In this document: positions 19,653 to 30,387 of the stretch, one piece after another | Position numbering within the stretch: the first letter of the stretch is position 1 | How the letters are laid out: the number at the start of each line of letters is the position of its first letter | Position numbers and translations under genes: made by a program | Source: a virus | Direction: 5' to 3' (one strand) | Length of the DNA: 64,000 nucleotides | IMG/VR virus record: IMGVR_UViG_3300037258_000374 | Location: 1 to 64,000 of that record | Notes under the pieces: model-generated | The model's input: only the letters and a program-made list of their open reading frames with translations | Databases searched by the model: none | Told to the model about the DNA's origin: nothing

Positions 19653-21421
19653 AGTTCGCGTGGCGCGTCGGTCCGCCTCTGGGCGCCGATGCCGAGTACT
19701 CGCTCACCGTGATCGAACGCGAACTGTTTCGGCAGTGGAAGACACTCGCCGAACTCGAGGTCAAGGTCGAGCGGCTGAAGTCCGCGCTGCGCTACCTGCG
19801 CCGCAAGATCGACGGCTACGACGGCACATTCGAGGCGTGCGGCTTCGAGGAATTCAAGGAGTCGCCATGACCCTACTCTCTGACCTCGAGCGCGAGCACG
19901 AGTCCGACCTCCGCAAGCTCCTCGAGGACCACGCCGCGAGGCTGCGGGCAGCGCTGACGAAGATCAGCGCGATTCGCGACAGCATCGTCGGCATGCAGGG
20001 ATTCAATTTCTCCGAGCATGCCTATCCGCTCGTCGCGGCGCTCGGCGAGGCTGGATTCGATGGTGCGGGATATGAGATCGCGCGCGTTAATCTCGGCACA
20101 CTGATCGAGCAGCGCGATCGCGTCGTCGCCGAGCGCGACCAGCTGCGCGGCGAGGTAAAGCGCATGCGTCCCGTGTTCGATGCGGCGCTGGCTTGGAACG
20201 CGAATGAGCGCGCTCTGTTCTCGTGCGAGTTGCCAGAAGGCTCCACGCACCTCACGCGACTTCGGCAGGGCGAGTGGCAAACAGTCAACGCACTTCGTGC
20301 GGCCGTCGACGCTGCCCGCGACGGGGAGGGATAGCCGTGGCGAGCGTCCAAATTGATCCAGCCTCGATTCGCCATTCGACGCCGTGGGTCAAGCTTCCAA
20401 ACAGTGACGCGCCGAGGGCGTGTCCACATGCATGGGAGTTTCACCTTTGGGATGACAGCGAAGCGTACTGCCCGCTGTGTGGGTCGTTCGCGACGTGCAC
20501 GAATCACCCGCACGCTACAAAGGAGCCCTAGCCGTGGCGAGACTGACTGACGAATACGTCAACGAGATCTGTCGCGACACCGGCGATTCCTATGGACCGT
20601 CCTTCGCGACCGCCGACGAGGTGCGATCGATGGCCGCCGAGCTGCGCGAGCGCCGCGGCGCCGACCTGACCAGCGAGGAGCGAGAAGCGTTGCGGACAGC
20701 CCGCGCGATGATCGAGGTGCGCTTTCCGAGCGGTCACGTCGCCCGGTTTGCGCTTTCCGCGCTCGACAAGCTGCTCGGAAAGGCTGACTCGTGATCGCGT
20801 CGGAGGTGCCCCCGCGCGAGCACAAACGTTGCGGCTGTCCGGCATGTTGCCGCGCGGATCGCGCGGGTCATGCGCCGGCGCCGGATTGGCCGGTGGATCC
20901 CGAGAGCGGCCGACTGATCTGCACGCCAGATCGTCCGATGCCGGGCGGCTCCAGGGGGCAATGGCTGCACCCTGGAGCCGAGATCGTCGGCGGATGGGGA
21001 ACCGGATGCTGCGACGACATGCGATGCCCGGCGTGCGGCGCGGAGTGGCGCGTGGAGTGGTCAGATTGAGCCGCTGCATCACGCCGAGCGGTCGCCACCG
21101 CTGGCTCGATGTCGCCGGTCAGCCACCAATGCAGTTCGACGATCCGGCCGAGCGCTGCTGCTGCCACTGCGGCGCGCGCGGCCGAGTCGACAAGCAGGGC
21201 GTCGTGAAAGCTGTCCCAGCTCTATGAAGCGGTGGAAAGTGGATGTGTACGGCTACGATTCCGCCGCCTTCGATGCTGTGTCGCGAGGAGCTGCGCGATA
21301 CGCGGCGTTCCGCGCCTTCCGTGAAGCCTTCGGTCAGAGCATCAGTTTTCGCGATTTCATCGCGCGTGGCGTTCGCGTCGTGCCGCTCGAAGATGAGGTC
21401 GCTCGTGTCGGTCTACGTTGA
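19649..21421 (+). other. Run of small coupled hypothetical genes (19649-19870, 19867-20334, 20337-20531, 20534-20794, 20791-21069, 21066-21227, 21224-21421)
   Basis: Stop/start overlaps or 2-nt gaps throughout. Confidence 0.55.
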
Positions 21422-21695
21422 TCGCTCGCTCTACAGCTGGGTCATGTGCCACATGATTGCTGATACGCCGACCGAGCTCGTCGCAATGGCGGACCGCATC
21501 GGCGTCGCGCGCCGCTGGTTTCAGTCCAAGGCGAGCGCTCCGCACTTCGACATCGCGAAGTCGAAGCGCGAGCTCGCGGTCGCGGCCGGCGCGCTCGAGG
21601 TCGATCGCGTGGCCTTCGTCGAAGTCGTCCGCCGCATCCGCACAACCTGGCCGCGCGCGAATGATGCGTGGCTCCTCACTGACTCGAAAGGATGA
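21405..21695 (+). CDS. DUF4031 family protein
   Basis: VYVD..MCHMIADT..EL..IG..WFQ..HFDI. Confidence 0.8.
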   Translation: MSVYVDRSLYSWVMCHMIADTPTELVAMADRIGVARRWFQSKASAPHFDIAKSKRELAVAAGALEVDRVAFVEVVRRIRTTWPRANDAWLLTDSKG

Positions 21696-22129
21696 ACGTG
21701 TCAACGCAGATCACTATCGACATCACGCAGGAAGAAAACGTCAAGATCATCTGCGGCAGCTGCGAGCGCCGCGTCGAGATCGTCTGGCGAGAATGTCAGC
21801 CCAGCGGTTTCCTCGGACTGATCGCTCACATCCGATGCCACGGTGTCGATCGCTTCGTCGAGATTTCGCAGTTCCAAGTTCGAGTCGCCGAGTACTGCGG
21901 GCTGCCCCGGCTCGTGCTGCTGTGGGAGCAGCTCGGCGACATGGACAATCCCGCCGCGGCGGCGCGCTTCCTGGACGAGCGCCTCGCCGAGATCGCATCC
22001 GATGCGAGGCGAAACGATCCGGAGATCGCCCACGTAATCAGACGCGCCGAGGATCTGCTCGGGGCGCGCCGCGATGCCATTCGACGCTTCGTCGCCGCGA
22101 AGGAGCGCGCGTGCGCGTCATCTCGCTGA
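21692..22129 (+). CDS. Hypothetical protein
   Basis: ORF, coupled. Confidence 0.5.
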   Translation: MNVSTQITIDITQEENVKIICGSCERRVEIVWRECQPSGFLGLIAHIRCHGVDRFVEISQFQVRVAEYCGLPRLVLLWEQLGDMDNPAAAARFLDERLAEIASDARRNDPEIAHVIRRAEDLLGARRDAIRRFVAAKERACASSR

Positions 22130-22167
22130 GCCAGCCGATCAGACCGATCGCATAGGACTAGAGGAGT

Positions 22168-23220
22168 ATGAGTTACACGAAGCTGTTCGGCAGCATCATC
22201 GGATCGACGATCTGGCGTCAGTCTCTCCACGTAAAGGTCGTGTGGATCACCATGCTCGCGATGAAAGATCAGGACGGCATCGTTGAGGTGTCGCTCCCCG
22301 GCCTTGCGCATCTTGCTGGTGTAACCCTGGAGCAGGCCACCGAAGCGATTCGTGATCTGATGGCGCCTGACCCCCATTCGAGCACCAAGGATCGCGAGGG
22401 TCGCCGCATCGAAGAGGTCGATGGCGGGTGGCGAGTTCTGAATCACTTCAAGTACCGGGACAAGGAAGACCAGGACGAGAGACGTCGCAAAGATGCGGAA
22501 AGACAGCAAAGGAAGCGTGGGCGTGGGCGTCACGCCCTGTCACGGACAGTCACGGACAGTCACGGTGTGTCACGCGTGGTCACGCCATCAGATACAGATA
22601 CAGATCCGGAACAGGACTCTATATCGGTTCCGGATCGGGCCTTAAGCCCTTTCAAGCTTCCGGATCCGGATCGTGGGCCCCTGCGAGATCTAGTACAGGC
22701 GCCCCCTCCGGTTGATCGCTCCGCCGCGCGCGACTCCGGCCGCCGCATTCCAGCCGCTCCCGCGCTCCCAGCCGCGTCCGCAGGCCCGGACGCGCCGTTG
22801 CCGCCGGCAGCCCCGCGCACGGCAGCGCGGCTCGTGGCGCTCTTCGTGGAGCTCGTCAACGCGGCTCGCGCGCGGGTGGCCGAGCACCACCGCGTGCAGC
22901 TGCGGCCGATCTACGAGCAGGGGGTAGGAGCCCCCGAGTTGCTGGCGCGCATCCGAGGCGCGCCCGATCCCGAGGCCGAGGTAAGGCACGCGATAGCCGC
23001 CGCCGAGGCGCAGGCGATCAGGGACCCTGACGCGGCGCGCTGGCTGAGCTGGTCGATCGCGGAGCCGAAGGCATGGCGCGCGCATCTCGCCGCCGCGCCA
23101 GCGCGCACGCGCAGCAAAGCCGGACGAAGCGAGCCAGTCCGCCGCTCCGGTGCCGAGGCCTCCGCGGAGGCTGCCGAACTCGGTGTCGACATGAAATCCT
23201 ACGGCGAGGAGGACGACTGA
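22168..23220 (+). CDS. Phage replication initiator
   Basis: YTKLFGSI..STIW N-terminus; internal iterons; followed by a loader ATPase. Confidence 0.75.
   Translation: MSYTKLFGSIIGSTIWRQSLHVKVVWITMLAMKDQDGIVEVSLPGLAHLAGVTLEQATEAIRDLMAPDPHSSTKDREGRRIEEVDGGWRVLNHFKYRDKEDQDERRRKDAERQQRKRGRGRHALSRTVTDSHGVSRVVTPSDTDTDPEQDSISVPDRALSPFKLPDPDRGPLRDLVQAPPPVDRSAARDSGRRIPAAPALPAASAGPDAPLPPAAPRTAARLVALFVELVNAARARVAEHHRVQLRPIYEQGVGAPELLARIRGAPDPEAEVRHAIAAAEAQAIRDPDAARWLSWSIAEPKAWRAHLAAAPARTRSKAGRSEPVRRSGAEASAEAAELGVDMKSYGEEDD
22529..22584. repeat. Six GTCACG-N4 iteron-like repeats (10-bp period), putative origin
   Basis: GTCACG at 22529, 22539, 22549, 22559, 22569 and 22579, followed by GATACA repeats. 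Confidence 0.7.
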
Positions 23221-23894
23221 TGGCGAGCGAGCGCGAGAACAAGCCGGTGACGGCCGCCGAGGCTCTACAGCGCGTGCTGTCCGGGCTGCCGATGCCGGAG
23301 GTCGACGGCGCTCGCCCGGATTTCGAGATCGAAGATCCCGTCGATCCGATCGCAGAGATCGCCGACATGCGCGCTAGGCAGATGCGAGCGAAGCTCGAGG
23401 TCTTCGGCTGGCCGACACGCGCGCTTGAGATCGCGGCCGCTGCCGATCTCGAGCGGCCGGCGCTGAAGGCGATCCGAGGCTGGGATCACCGCAGCGGAGG
23501 AGCGCTCGTGATCAGCGGCGGCATCGGCGTCGGAAAGACCGTCGCGGCGGCGTGGATCGCCGCCGACCGCGGACTGCGCTGCAGCTTCCTTCGGGCCGCA
23601 GAGTTTGCGCGCACATCGCGCTACGACGCCGAGGCCTTCGGGGCCGTGCTCGGTGCTGCTGCGCTGTGCCTCGACGATCTCGGATCGGAATGGGCGGACG
23701 AACGGGGTTCCTTGCGCGTAAGCCTCGACGAGCTGATCGACCGCTTCTACGCAGAGCGGCGCGTGCTCATCGTGACCACGAATCTCGGCGTTGCCGAACT
23801 CACTCAGCGCTACGGCGAGCGCGCGGTCGATCGCCTCCGCGAGTGGGCGACGTGGGCGCACGTCGGCGGCAAGAGCATGCGAGGCCGCAAGTGA
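23220..23894 (+). CDS. DnaC/IstB-like helicase loader ATPase
   Basis: GGIGVGKT, LDDLGSE, TTNL, YGERAVDRL. Confidence 0.85.
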   Translation: MASERENKPVTAAEALQRVLSGLPMPEVDGARPDFEIEDPVDPIAEIADMRARQMRAKLEVFGWPTRALEIAAAADLERPALKAIRGWDHRSGGALVISGGIGVGKTVAAAWIAADRGLRCSFLRAAEFARTSRYDAEAFGAVLGAAALCLDDLGSEWADERGSLRVSLDELIDRFYAERRVLIVTTNLGVAELTQRYGERAVDRLREWATWAHVGGKSMRGRK

Positions 23895-24241
23895 CCGCCG
23901 TGCTTACAACGCCGTGCGGCGAGTGCCTGTGCTGCCAGGCCGGGAAGCGGTGCGCGCGGATGCTGATGCTGTCGCCGAAGGACAACAAGGCGCTCGCGAA
24001 GGTGTCGCGCATCGCGGGCCCGACTCCTGGCGAGCGCAACATCGATCTTCGCCCTCGCGCGATCGTCGAGGAGCGGCAGCGTCACGCCGACGAGCCGACG
24101 ATCACGGCGAAGTGCTCGCGATGCGGCGACGACATGAAGGTGCTCGCGTTCATCGCGCACTCGATGAAGCTGCGCGGGATCCCATTGCCGCCGTGCGAGT
24201 ACTGCCGCGGCGCCGCGCCGGAAAGGGCGGACCTTCGATGA
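23891..24241 (+). CDS. Cys-rich hypothetical protein
   Basis: Coupled ORF. Confidence 0.5.
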   Translation: MTAVLTTPCGECLCCQAGKRCARMLMLSPKDNKALAKVSRIAGPTPGERNIDLRPRAIVEERQRHADEPTITAKCSRCGDDMKVLAFIAHSMKLRGIPLPPCEYCRGAAPERADLR

Positions 24242-24586
24242 TGGATCTTGGTGATGATCAAGGCTCTGCGCCGATCGATGCGCTGCGCGCGCCATTCCCA
24301 TGGTTCGGCGGCAAGAGCCTCGCGGCGCCGTTGATCTGGCGAGCCTTCGGCAACGTGCGAATTTTGTCGAGCCATTCTGCGGATCGCTCGCTGTTCTTCT
24401 CGCGCGCCCGCACGCGCCGAAGGTCGAAACGGTCAACGACAAAGACGGATTCATCGCGAACGTATGCCGCGAGGATGGACGCAGATCGCGTGGCGCTCGA
24501 AAGGCAGCGGCAAGAACCGCGGCAAAGAACGGATCTGGTTCTCGCCGCTCTGCGAAGCCTCACTCGCGCAAGGGAGTCTCTTCTGA
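24238..24586 (+). pseudogene. DNA adenine methyltransferase remnant (frameshift plus large internal deletion)
   Basis: APFPWFGGKS / FVEPFCGS..ETVND / ERIWFSPLC lie in three different frames; no DPPY. Confidence 0.75.
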
Positions 24587-25014
24587 TGGGCCGGCAACCA
24601 ACGCTCGTGCACATCTGCGTCGACTGCGGCGCTCGGGGCCAGCTCGGCGCGCTGCAGGCAAAGCGTGCAGGATGGAAGCTGTGGATCGGCGGCGGGTGGT
24701 GTCCGAAGTGCTACCCAAAGCACGAACCGCAGATCCGAACGCCGCAGCCGACGGGCACGCAGCCAGATCCGGTCTACGTGCGATGTTCGGCGTGTGGACG
24801 AGCCCCGCTACGCGGTGCGGAGATGACCCCCGACGCGTGGTGGCCAACGTTTCACTGGCTAGCGACCGAAGAGAACAAGCTCGCGCTCAAGGAGCGCAAG
24901 CGTCCTATCCCGCTGTGCCCGGGCATCCACAGGCCGGGCGCCGTCGTCAAGGTCGAGCGCGTTCCTCTCGACGAGGAGCAAGGAGACCGCGATGCGCCTG
25001 TTGAGGCACCATAG
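24586..25014 (+). CDS. Zn-binding hypothetical protein
   Basis: TGATG coupling; CxxC pairs. Confidence 0.5.
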   Translation: MGRQPTLVHICVDCGARGQLGALQAKRAGWKLWIGGGWCPKCYPKHEPQIRTPQPTGTQPDPVYVRCSACGRAPLRGAEMTPDAWWPTFHWLATEENKLALKERKRPIPLCPGIHRPGAVVKVERVPLDEEQGDRDAPVEAP

Positions 25015-25018
25015 TCCG

Positions 25019-25351
25019 ATGTCAGACGAGAACGGTATGCATCAAGCGATGGCCGATTTGCTTGATGACGACGCGGAGGGCTGGGCACGCCTTCAAGGCT
25101 TGTTCGCGATGCTCGCCCTTCCCCTCATCCACGATAGCGACGGTCGCTTTCGCAAGCGGATCATCGAGGTCGAGATCTCGGCTGGCCGATGGATAGCGAT
25201 CGATGGCGCCGCGCTCGAGATGCAGCGGCTGATCGTGTGGTCGGGGATGAACGGTACGCGCAGCACCTATGAGTTCCGTCGCTCCGAAGGCGTCCCGCAG
25301 TGGCGCGCTCCGAAGGAGGAGTCGCGCGCGAAAGGATTCATCGTCCCGTGA
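25019..25351 (+). CDS. Hypothetical protein
   Basis: ORF. Confidence 0.5.
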   Translation: MSDENGMHQAMADLLDDDAEGWARLQGLFAMLALPLIHDSDGRFRKRIIEVEISAGRWIAIDGAALEMQRLIVWSGMNGTRSTYEFRRSEGVPQWRAPKEESRAKGFIVP

Positions 25352-25893
25352 TCAGGATCGTCTTCCTCGACTTTGACGGCGTGCTGAACAGCACCGACTG
25401 GTACAAGCGGCGCCCGAACAAGGTCGAGTGGGCCGCGCGCCTCGGCATCTCCGAGGAGCAGTTCTGGAACGACCGCTTCGAGTGGGCTCTGCGATCGATC
25501 GACCCGGACGCGGTCGCGGCGCTTAACGATCTCGTGACGAAGACGCAGGCGCGCGTCGTCATCAGCAGCACGTGGCGCACGATGTGGTCGCTGCCGAAGC
25601 TCGAGAAGATACTCCGGTGGTTCGGGTTCGCTCACCATCTCGTCGGCGCGACGCCAGACCAGTGCGAGCAGGTCGATGGTGGACTGTTCGTCGGCGCGCG
25701 CCGCGGCAACGAGATCGCGGCGTGGCTCACCACGATGTTCGGAGCAGTCCGACCGGCAGATGTCGAGTTCGTGATCATCGACGACGACTCCGACATGGGC
25801 CCGCTCTGCGACCGGCTGTTCAACACGAGCCACGATGTCGGCCTCCGCGTGGGCGACGTCGAGGCGATCGCGGCGATGTTCGAGGTCGCGTGA
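25348..25893 (+). CDS. HAD-superfamily phosphatase (RNA-repair-associated HAD type)
   Basis: FLDFDGVLN, ISSTWR, RGNEI, IIDDDSD. Confidence 0.8.
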   Translation: MIRIVFLDFDGVLNSTDWYKRRPNKVEWAARLGISEEQFWNDRFEWALRSIDPDAVAALNDLVTKTQARVVISSTWRTMWSLPKLEKILRWFGFAHHLVGATPDQCEQVDGGLFVGARRGNEIAAWLTTMFGAVRPADVEFVIIDDDSDMGPLCDRLFNTSHDVGLRVGDVEAIAAMFEVA

Positions 25894-26306
25894 CCGCCTG
25901 CGCCAAGTGCGGCTACGACTCCGATGCCGTCGTCGTGGCCTCGTGGTCGTTCTTCATTGACCGCGATCCGCCGTCGCTCAACAGCCGCGTAATCAACCTC
26001 GGCGCGACCCGCTGGCGATACGCGAAGGAGCGCGATGCGTGGGGATGGGAGTTTCGCGCGGTGCGACTGATGAAGAAGATCCCGCCAGCGGAGGGCCTGC
26101 GCCGAGTGACGCTGACGCGCTGCTACTACGGGCGCCAGCAGGAGCGAGATCGAGACAACCTCGCGGGCGGCATGAAAAATTGCGTCGATGCCATGGTGCT
26201 GGAGCAACTGCTAACAAGCGACGACCCGGCGCACGCGGAGATCCACTACCAACAGGAGCGCGGCTCGCCGACCGGCCTGCGCGTGCTCATCGAGGAGCTA
26301 GCGTAA
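25890..26306 (+). CDS. RusA-like Holliday junction resolvase
   Basis: PPSLN, RDRDN..K..VD, DD. Confidence 0.7.
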   Translation: MTACAKCGYDSDAVVVASWSFFIDRDPPSLNSRVINLGATRWRYAKERDAWGWEFRAVRLMKKIPPAEGLRRVTLTRCYYGRQQERDRDNLAGGMKNCVDAMVLEQLLTSDDPAHAEIHYQQERGSPTGLRVLIEELA

Positions 26307-26502
26307 TGGCACGAGGGAAGCTGCTCAGCGATGTCGAGCAATACGTGCTCGAGATGAACCAGCTCTGCGAGGGCGTGCTCGCGCTACGCAGACGCGGCAC
26401 GAGGATCTGGAACCGCGCAGCCCACGGCGCGCCGCCGCTGACGAACGTCGAGATCCAGAAGATGCGCGCCGCACTTAAGCGGCTGCAGACGGTGGCGCGA
26501 AC

Positions 26503-26967
26503 GTGAACCATCTCGCCGAATCGGACCGCGCGCGAGCTCGCGCGTACATCGAAGCGCGATCGATCCCGGTCCCGCACTGCGGGTGCCGCCTCTGGCTGCT
26601 CGCGCCGCGCTCGAACGGATACGGAGCAGCGACGTTCAACGGCGAGCAGTGGACGGCCCATTGCCTAGCGTATGAGGCTTGGGTCGGTCCCGTCCCGGAT
26701 GGCGCGCTCCTTGAGCACCGCATTTGCGACGAACGGATGTGCTGCGAGTGGACGCATCTGCGGCCAGGCAGCATCGCGAGCAACATGGACGACGCGGCGC
26801 GGAAGCTGCGGCTTGGGCAGAAGCTGAACGCCGTCCAGGTACGCGCGATCCGCGAGCGCTACGGAGCAGGCGGCGTCATCAGCCTGCGACGGCTCGCGCT
26901 CGAATACCGCGTATCGAAGACGTCGATCGCGATGATCGTTCGCCGCGAGCATTGGAGCTACGCGTGA
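26503..26967 (+). CDS. HNH endonuclease with C-terminal HTH
   Basis: C.LW..GYG..AH.LAYE..H..C...C..HL..N..D. Confidence 0.75.
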   Translation: MNHLAESDRARARAYIEARSIPVPHCGCRLWLLAPRSNGYGAATFNGEQWTAHCLAYEAWVGPVPDGALLEHRICDERMCCEWTHLRPGSIASNMDDAARKLRLGQKLNAVQVRAIRERYGAGGVISLRRLALEYRVSKTSIAMIVRREHWSYA

Positions 26968-27142
26968 GGACGTGGCTCTTCTGGCTCCTCGTGCGCGGCG
27001 GCGTTTTGTATGTGCTGAACTGGCTGTGGTTCAACGAGGCCGAGGCGACGATCGCGCTGTTCATCGTCTTCTCGATGTTCCACGCGATGACCATCTACGA
27101 GCGGCGCGCCGAGGAGCGCGAGCGCTGGAGGACGATCGAACG

Positions 27143-27334
27143 ATGAGCAGAGCATCGACCAAGCCGATCGCGAGCGACCTCTTCGCAGCGGGCTGGCTCT
27201 CGCCCAACGCTGCGGCCGACGCTCTCGGTATCACCCTGCGTCAGCTCGAGCTTCGAGCGCGCCGCCGCGAGATCAAGCGGCGCGAGCTCGCGCCGGGCAC
27301 CGGCCTGTATCTTTACGAAGTGGCGCGGCGATGA
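27143..27334 (+). CDS. Excisionase-like HTH protein
   Basis: WLSP..AADALGIT. Confidence 0.55.
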   Translation: MSRASTKPIASDLFAAGWLSPNAAADALGITLRQLELRARRREIKRRELAPGTGLYLYEVARR

Positions 27335-27783
27335 CCGAGCCGGCTCGCGAGGCAATCAACGCGGTTCGCCGCGCGCTGTCGGGCTACGTGTTCCAGGTCG
27401 ACGACGAGGCGAGCGTTCAGCGGCAAGTGCTCCAGGCGCTCGGCGAGCGCGGAGTCGAAGTGCTAGGCAGCGAAGTGATCGCGCGCGTGCCGGAGAAGCG
27501 CGAGCCCGCGCCTCCGCGGCTGCGTAACATGCCTGCACCGAAGGGTGGACGATACGACATCTTGGTGTGCCACGCCGGCGTGCGCCTCGTGCTGGAGTTG
27601 AAAGTCTCGGGCTCGGCGCCAGCCGTCGAGCGCCAGGCGCAGCGCTACGCCTTGACGCATGGGATCGATGCCGTGGCGCTGGTGACGACCTCCAACCGCC
27701 TCGCGCGCGGGGTCGCTGCGATCGAGGACGACGAGATGCTCGGCGGTAAGCCGTTCGGCGTCGTGCTCCTCCGGTGCTTCTGA
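27331..27783 (+). CDS. PD-(D/E)XK nuclease-like protein
   Basis: RYDIL..LELKV..Q..RY. Confidence 0.6.
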   Translation: MTEPAREAINAVRRALSGYVFQVDDEASVQRQVLQALGERGVEVLGSEVIARVPEKREPAPPRLRNMPAPKGGRYDILVCHAGVRLVLELKVSGSAPAVERQAQRYALTHGIDAVALVTTSNRLARGVAAIEDDEMLGGKPFGVVLLRCF

Positions 27784-29666
27784 TGCGGCCGGGCAGCATC
27801 TCGCTCGATGGCGCAGGCGACTTCGTCGTCCGCTGTCCGCCGCACGTCGCGATCAAGCTGCGGCGCGTGTTCGGCGGCGTGCAACGGCGCGGTGCCGGCT
27901 ATTTCACTATCAGCGCGACGTCGGGCAATGCGTACGAGCTGCAGTGGTTCCGGCAGCGGTATCCGCTCGATCTGGAGCAGGACGCGGCCGACAGGTTCGA
28001 AGCTCTGCGCCTAGCCGAGGAGCATCGGCTCGCGTCGATCGCCGAGCTCGAGGCGGCCGACTACATCCCTCGGAAGTTCGATCTCGCGCTGCCGCCGCGC
28101 GAATACCAGCGCGTCGCGGCGGACCTCGCGCTGCGCACGGGCTCGCTGCTGGTCGCCGACGAACTCGGGCTCGGCAAGACGATCACCGCGATCTGCGCGC
28201 TGACGGCGGAGGGCAAGCTGCCGGCGCTCGTCGTGACGATGACGCACCTGCCGAGGCAGTGGGAGGTTCAGCTGCAGAAGTTCGCGCCGTCGCTGCGCGC
28301 GCATCGCATCCGCAAGGGAACGCCGTACGACTTCGCGAAGATCAAGTTCGAGACGGACGCGAGCGGCAAGCGCATGCGCATCCCGCGGCCGGGCATCCCA
28401 GACGTGATCATCTGCAACTACCACAAGCTGTGCGGATGGGCCGATACGCTCGCGCAGCTATGCAGGTCGGTCGTCTTCGACGAGGTCCAGGAGCTTCGGC
28501 ACGCCGGGACGAACAAGTACATCGCGGCGCACGCGATCGCCGGCAGCGTCCCGCTCCGAATCGGGCTGTCGGCGACGCCGATCTACAACTACGGCGCCGA
28601 GATCTACTCGGTCGTCGAGGCGATCGCGCCCGGCGCGCTCGGCACGCGCAAGGAGTTCTACGACGAGTGGTGCGGCGGCGCGAACCCTGGCTCCGACCAG
28701 GACGCCCGGAAGGTCTGCGTCGCGGATCCGGTCGCGCTCGGCACGTATCTGCGCGAGTCCGGCCTCATGATCCGCCGCACGCGGAAGGAGGTCGGTCGCG
28801 AGCTGCCGCCGCTGACCATCGTGCGGCATGCGATCGAGGTCGACCCGGCGCGCATCAACGAAGCGACGGCGGACGTAGCCGAGCTCGCCTCGCGCGTGCT
28901 CGCGCGCACTGGCAGCAACTTCGAGCTGATGAAGTGGTCCGGCGAAATCGACTACCAGATGCGCCAGGCGACCGGCATCGGCAAGGCCGGCGCGGTGATC
29001 GACTTCGTGCGGATGCTCGTCGAGGCCGGTGAGCGCGTGGTGCTCTACGGCTGGCATCATGAGGTCTACGCGCTGTGGCGCTCGGCACTCGACAAGCACG
29101 GCATCTCCTTCGCGATGTACACGGGCAGCGAGAGCGAGACGCAGAAGTCTGATAGCGTGCAGGCGTTCATCGATCACAAGGTCAACGTGCTGATCATCTC
29201 GCTGCGTGCTGGCGCCGGGCTCGACGGGCTGCAGCACGTCAGCCGCACGGTGGTGATCGGCGAGCTCGACTGGTCTCCGCAGGTCCATCAGCAGAACATC
29301 GGCCGCGTCTATCGCGATGGCCAGCTCGAGCCGTGCGTTGCGTACTACCTCGTCGCCGAGGAGGGCAGCGATCCGGTGATCGCCGACGTGCTCGGGCTGA
29401 AGGATGCGCAGGCGACCGGCATCATCGATCCTGATCGCGCGGGCGTCGCGCATCTGGTCGGCTCCTCCGAGAGCCACGTGCGAAAGCTCGCCGTCGAAGT
29501 GCTGCGCCGGCGCGGTATCGAAGTGCCAGACGAACAAGACGACTGCTCGCAAGGCGATGATCGCGGCTGCAGCATGCACGGCGATCCCGGCAATTGCCCA
29601 GCGCCACCGGAGCCGTCGCTCGAACTGGCTCCGCAACTCGGCCTAGCGCTAGGGTCCTCGCGATGA
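27783..29666 (+). CDS. SNF2-family helicase
   Basis: DELGLGKT, DEVQ, SATP, GAGLDGLQ, QNIGRVYRDGQ. Confidence 0.9.
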   Translation: MRPGSISLDGAGDFVVRCPPHVAIKLRRVFGGVQRRGAGYFTISATSGNAYELQWFRQRYPLDLEQDAADRFEALRLAEEHRLASIAELEAADYIPRKFDLALPPREYQRVAADLALRTGSLLVADELGLGKTITAICALTAEGKLPALVVTMTHLPRQWEVQLQKFAPSLRAHRIRKGTPYDFAKIKFETDASGKRMRIPRPGIPDVIICNYHKLCGWADTLAQLCRSVVFDEVQELRHAGTNKYIAAHAIAGSVPLRIGLSATPIYNYGAEIYSVVEAIAPGALGTRKEFYDEWCGGANPGSDQDARKVCVADPVALGTYLRESGLMIRRTRKEVGRELPPLTIVRHAIEVDPARINEATADVAELASRVLARTGSNFELMKWSGEIDYQMRQATGIGKAGAVIDFVRMLVEAGERVVLYGWHHEVYALWRSALDKHGISFAMYTGSESETQKSDSVQAFIDHKVNVLIISLRAGAGLDGLQHVSRTVVIGELDWSPQVHQQNIGRVYRDGQLEPCVAYYLVAEEGSDPVIADVLGLKDAQATGIIDPDRAGVAHLVGSSESHVRKLAVEVLRRRGIEVPDEQDDCSQGDDRGCSMHGDPGNCPAPPEPSLELAPQLGLALGSSR

Positions 29667-30232
29667 TCGCAGCGCTGATCCGGTGCCTCGCGCTCGCCGC
29701 CCGCGCCCATGCGGCGTGGCCGGAGTACTCGATCGCGGACGTAACCGCCGCATCCTGCGCGGCGGTTGGCGCCGCCGATCCGGGCGTCCCGGCCGAGCTC
29801 CTGCTCGCAATCGCGCAGCACGAGAGCGACCTGCATCCCAATGCGGTGAGCTGGGTCGCGACCAGCGGCCGAAGGGTGGATATCCTGTGGACGCGCGACC
29901 GCGCGCCGCCTGAAAACAAAGCGTTGGCATGCGGTTACGGGCAGACGATTGTCCACACCAGCCGCGCGTGCGCCGATGTGATCGCCGATCACGGTGGTCT
30001 CGTGACCGCGGAGCACGAGCTCGCCGCGTGGCTGCGGTCGCCGCTGAGCGGCGGTTCTCTGCGTGTCGCGCTCGGCGGCTACGCCGGCGGGATCGCTGGC
30101 GCGCGCGCGGCGCGCGAGGGTATCGACGCTCTGGCGGTCCGCTTCGCCGATCTCTTCATCGCTCGCGCGAGACGGTTAACGATGCAGTCGGTGACTGTCA
30201 TAGTAGGGTCCAATCAGTGGAGGAATCGATGA
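29663..30232 (+). CDS. Lytic transglycosylase-like protein with signal-like N-terminus
   Basis: LLAIAQHES, ACGYGQ, ALGGYAGG; TAGGGT-N7-ATG. Confidence 0.6.
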   Translation: MIAALIRCLALAARAHAAWPEYSIADVTAASCAAVGAADPGVPAELLLAIAQHESDLHPNAVSWVATSGRRVDILWTRDRAPPENKALACGYGQTIVHTSRACADVIADHGGLVTAEHELAAWLRSPLSGGSLRVALGGYAGGIAGARAAREGIDALAVRFADLFIARARRLTMQSVTVIVGSNQWRNR

Positions 30233-30310
30233 TCTAACCGCACCCCGCACCGCGTCGCAGCGCAGCGCTGCGCCCCGCAGCACAGCGCAAAGCAGAGCCC
30301 TAACGGGTCA
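30223..30310 (+). ncRNA. Pentamer-repeat RNA unit 1: GAATCGATGAT-(CRC-NN)x~11-CAGAGCCC(TAAC)GGGTCA
   Basis: Strict 5-nt periodicity; leader and tail shared with units 2 and 3; TAGGGT -10-like box at 30204. Confidence 0.7.
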
Positions 30311-30387
30311 ATCGGCCAGCGAGTCCAGTACCGACATTATGTCCGTCAGCGACTCCAGCGCCCCAAACGACAGCAAGAGGAATCTCA

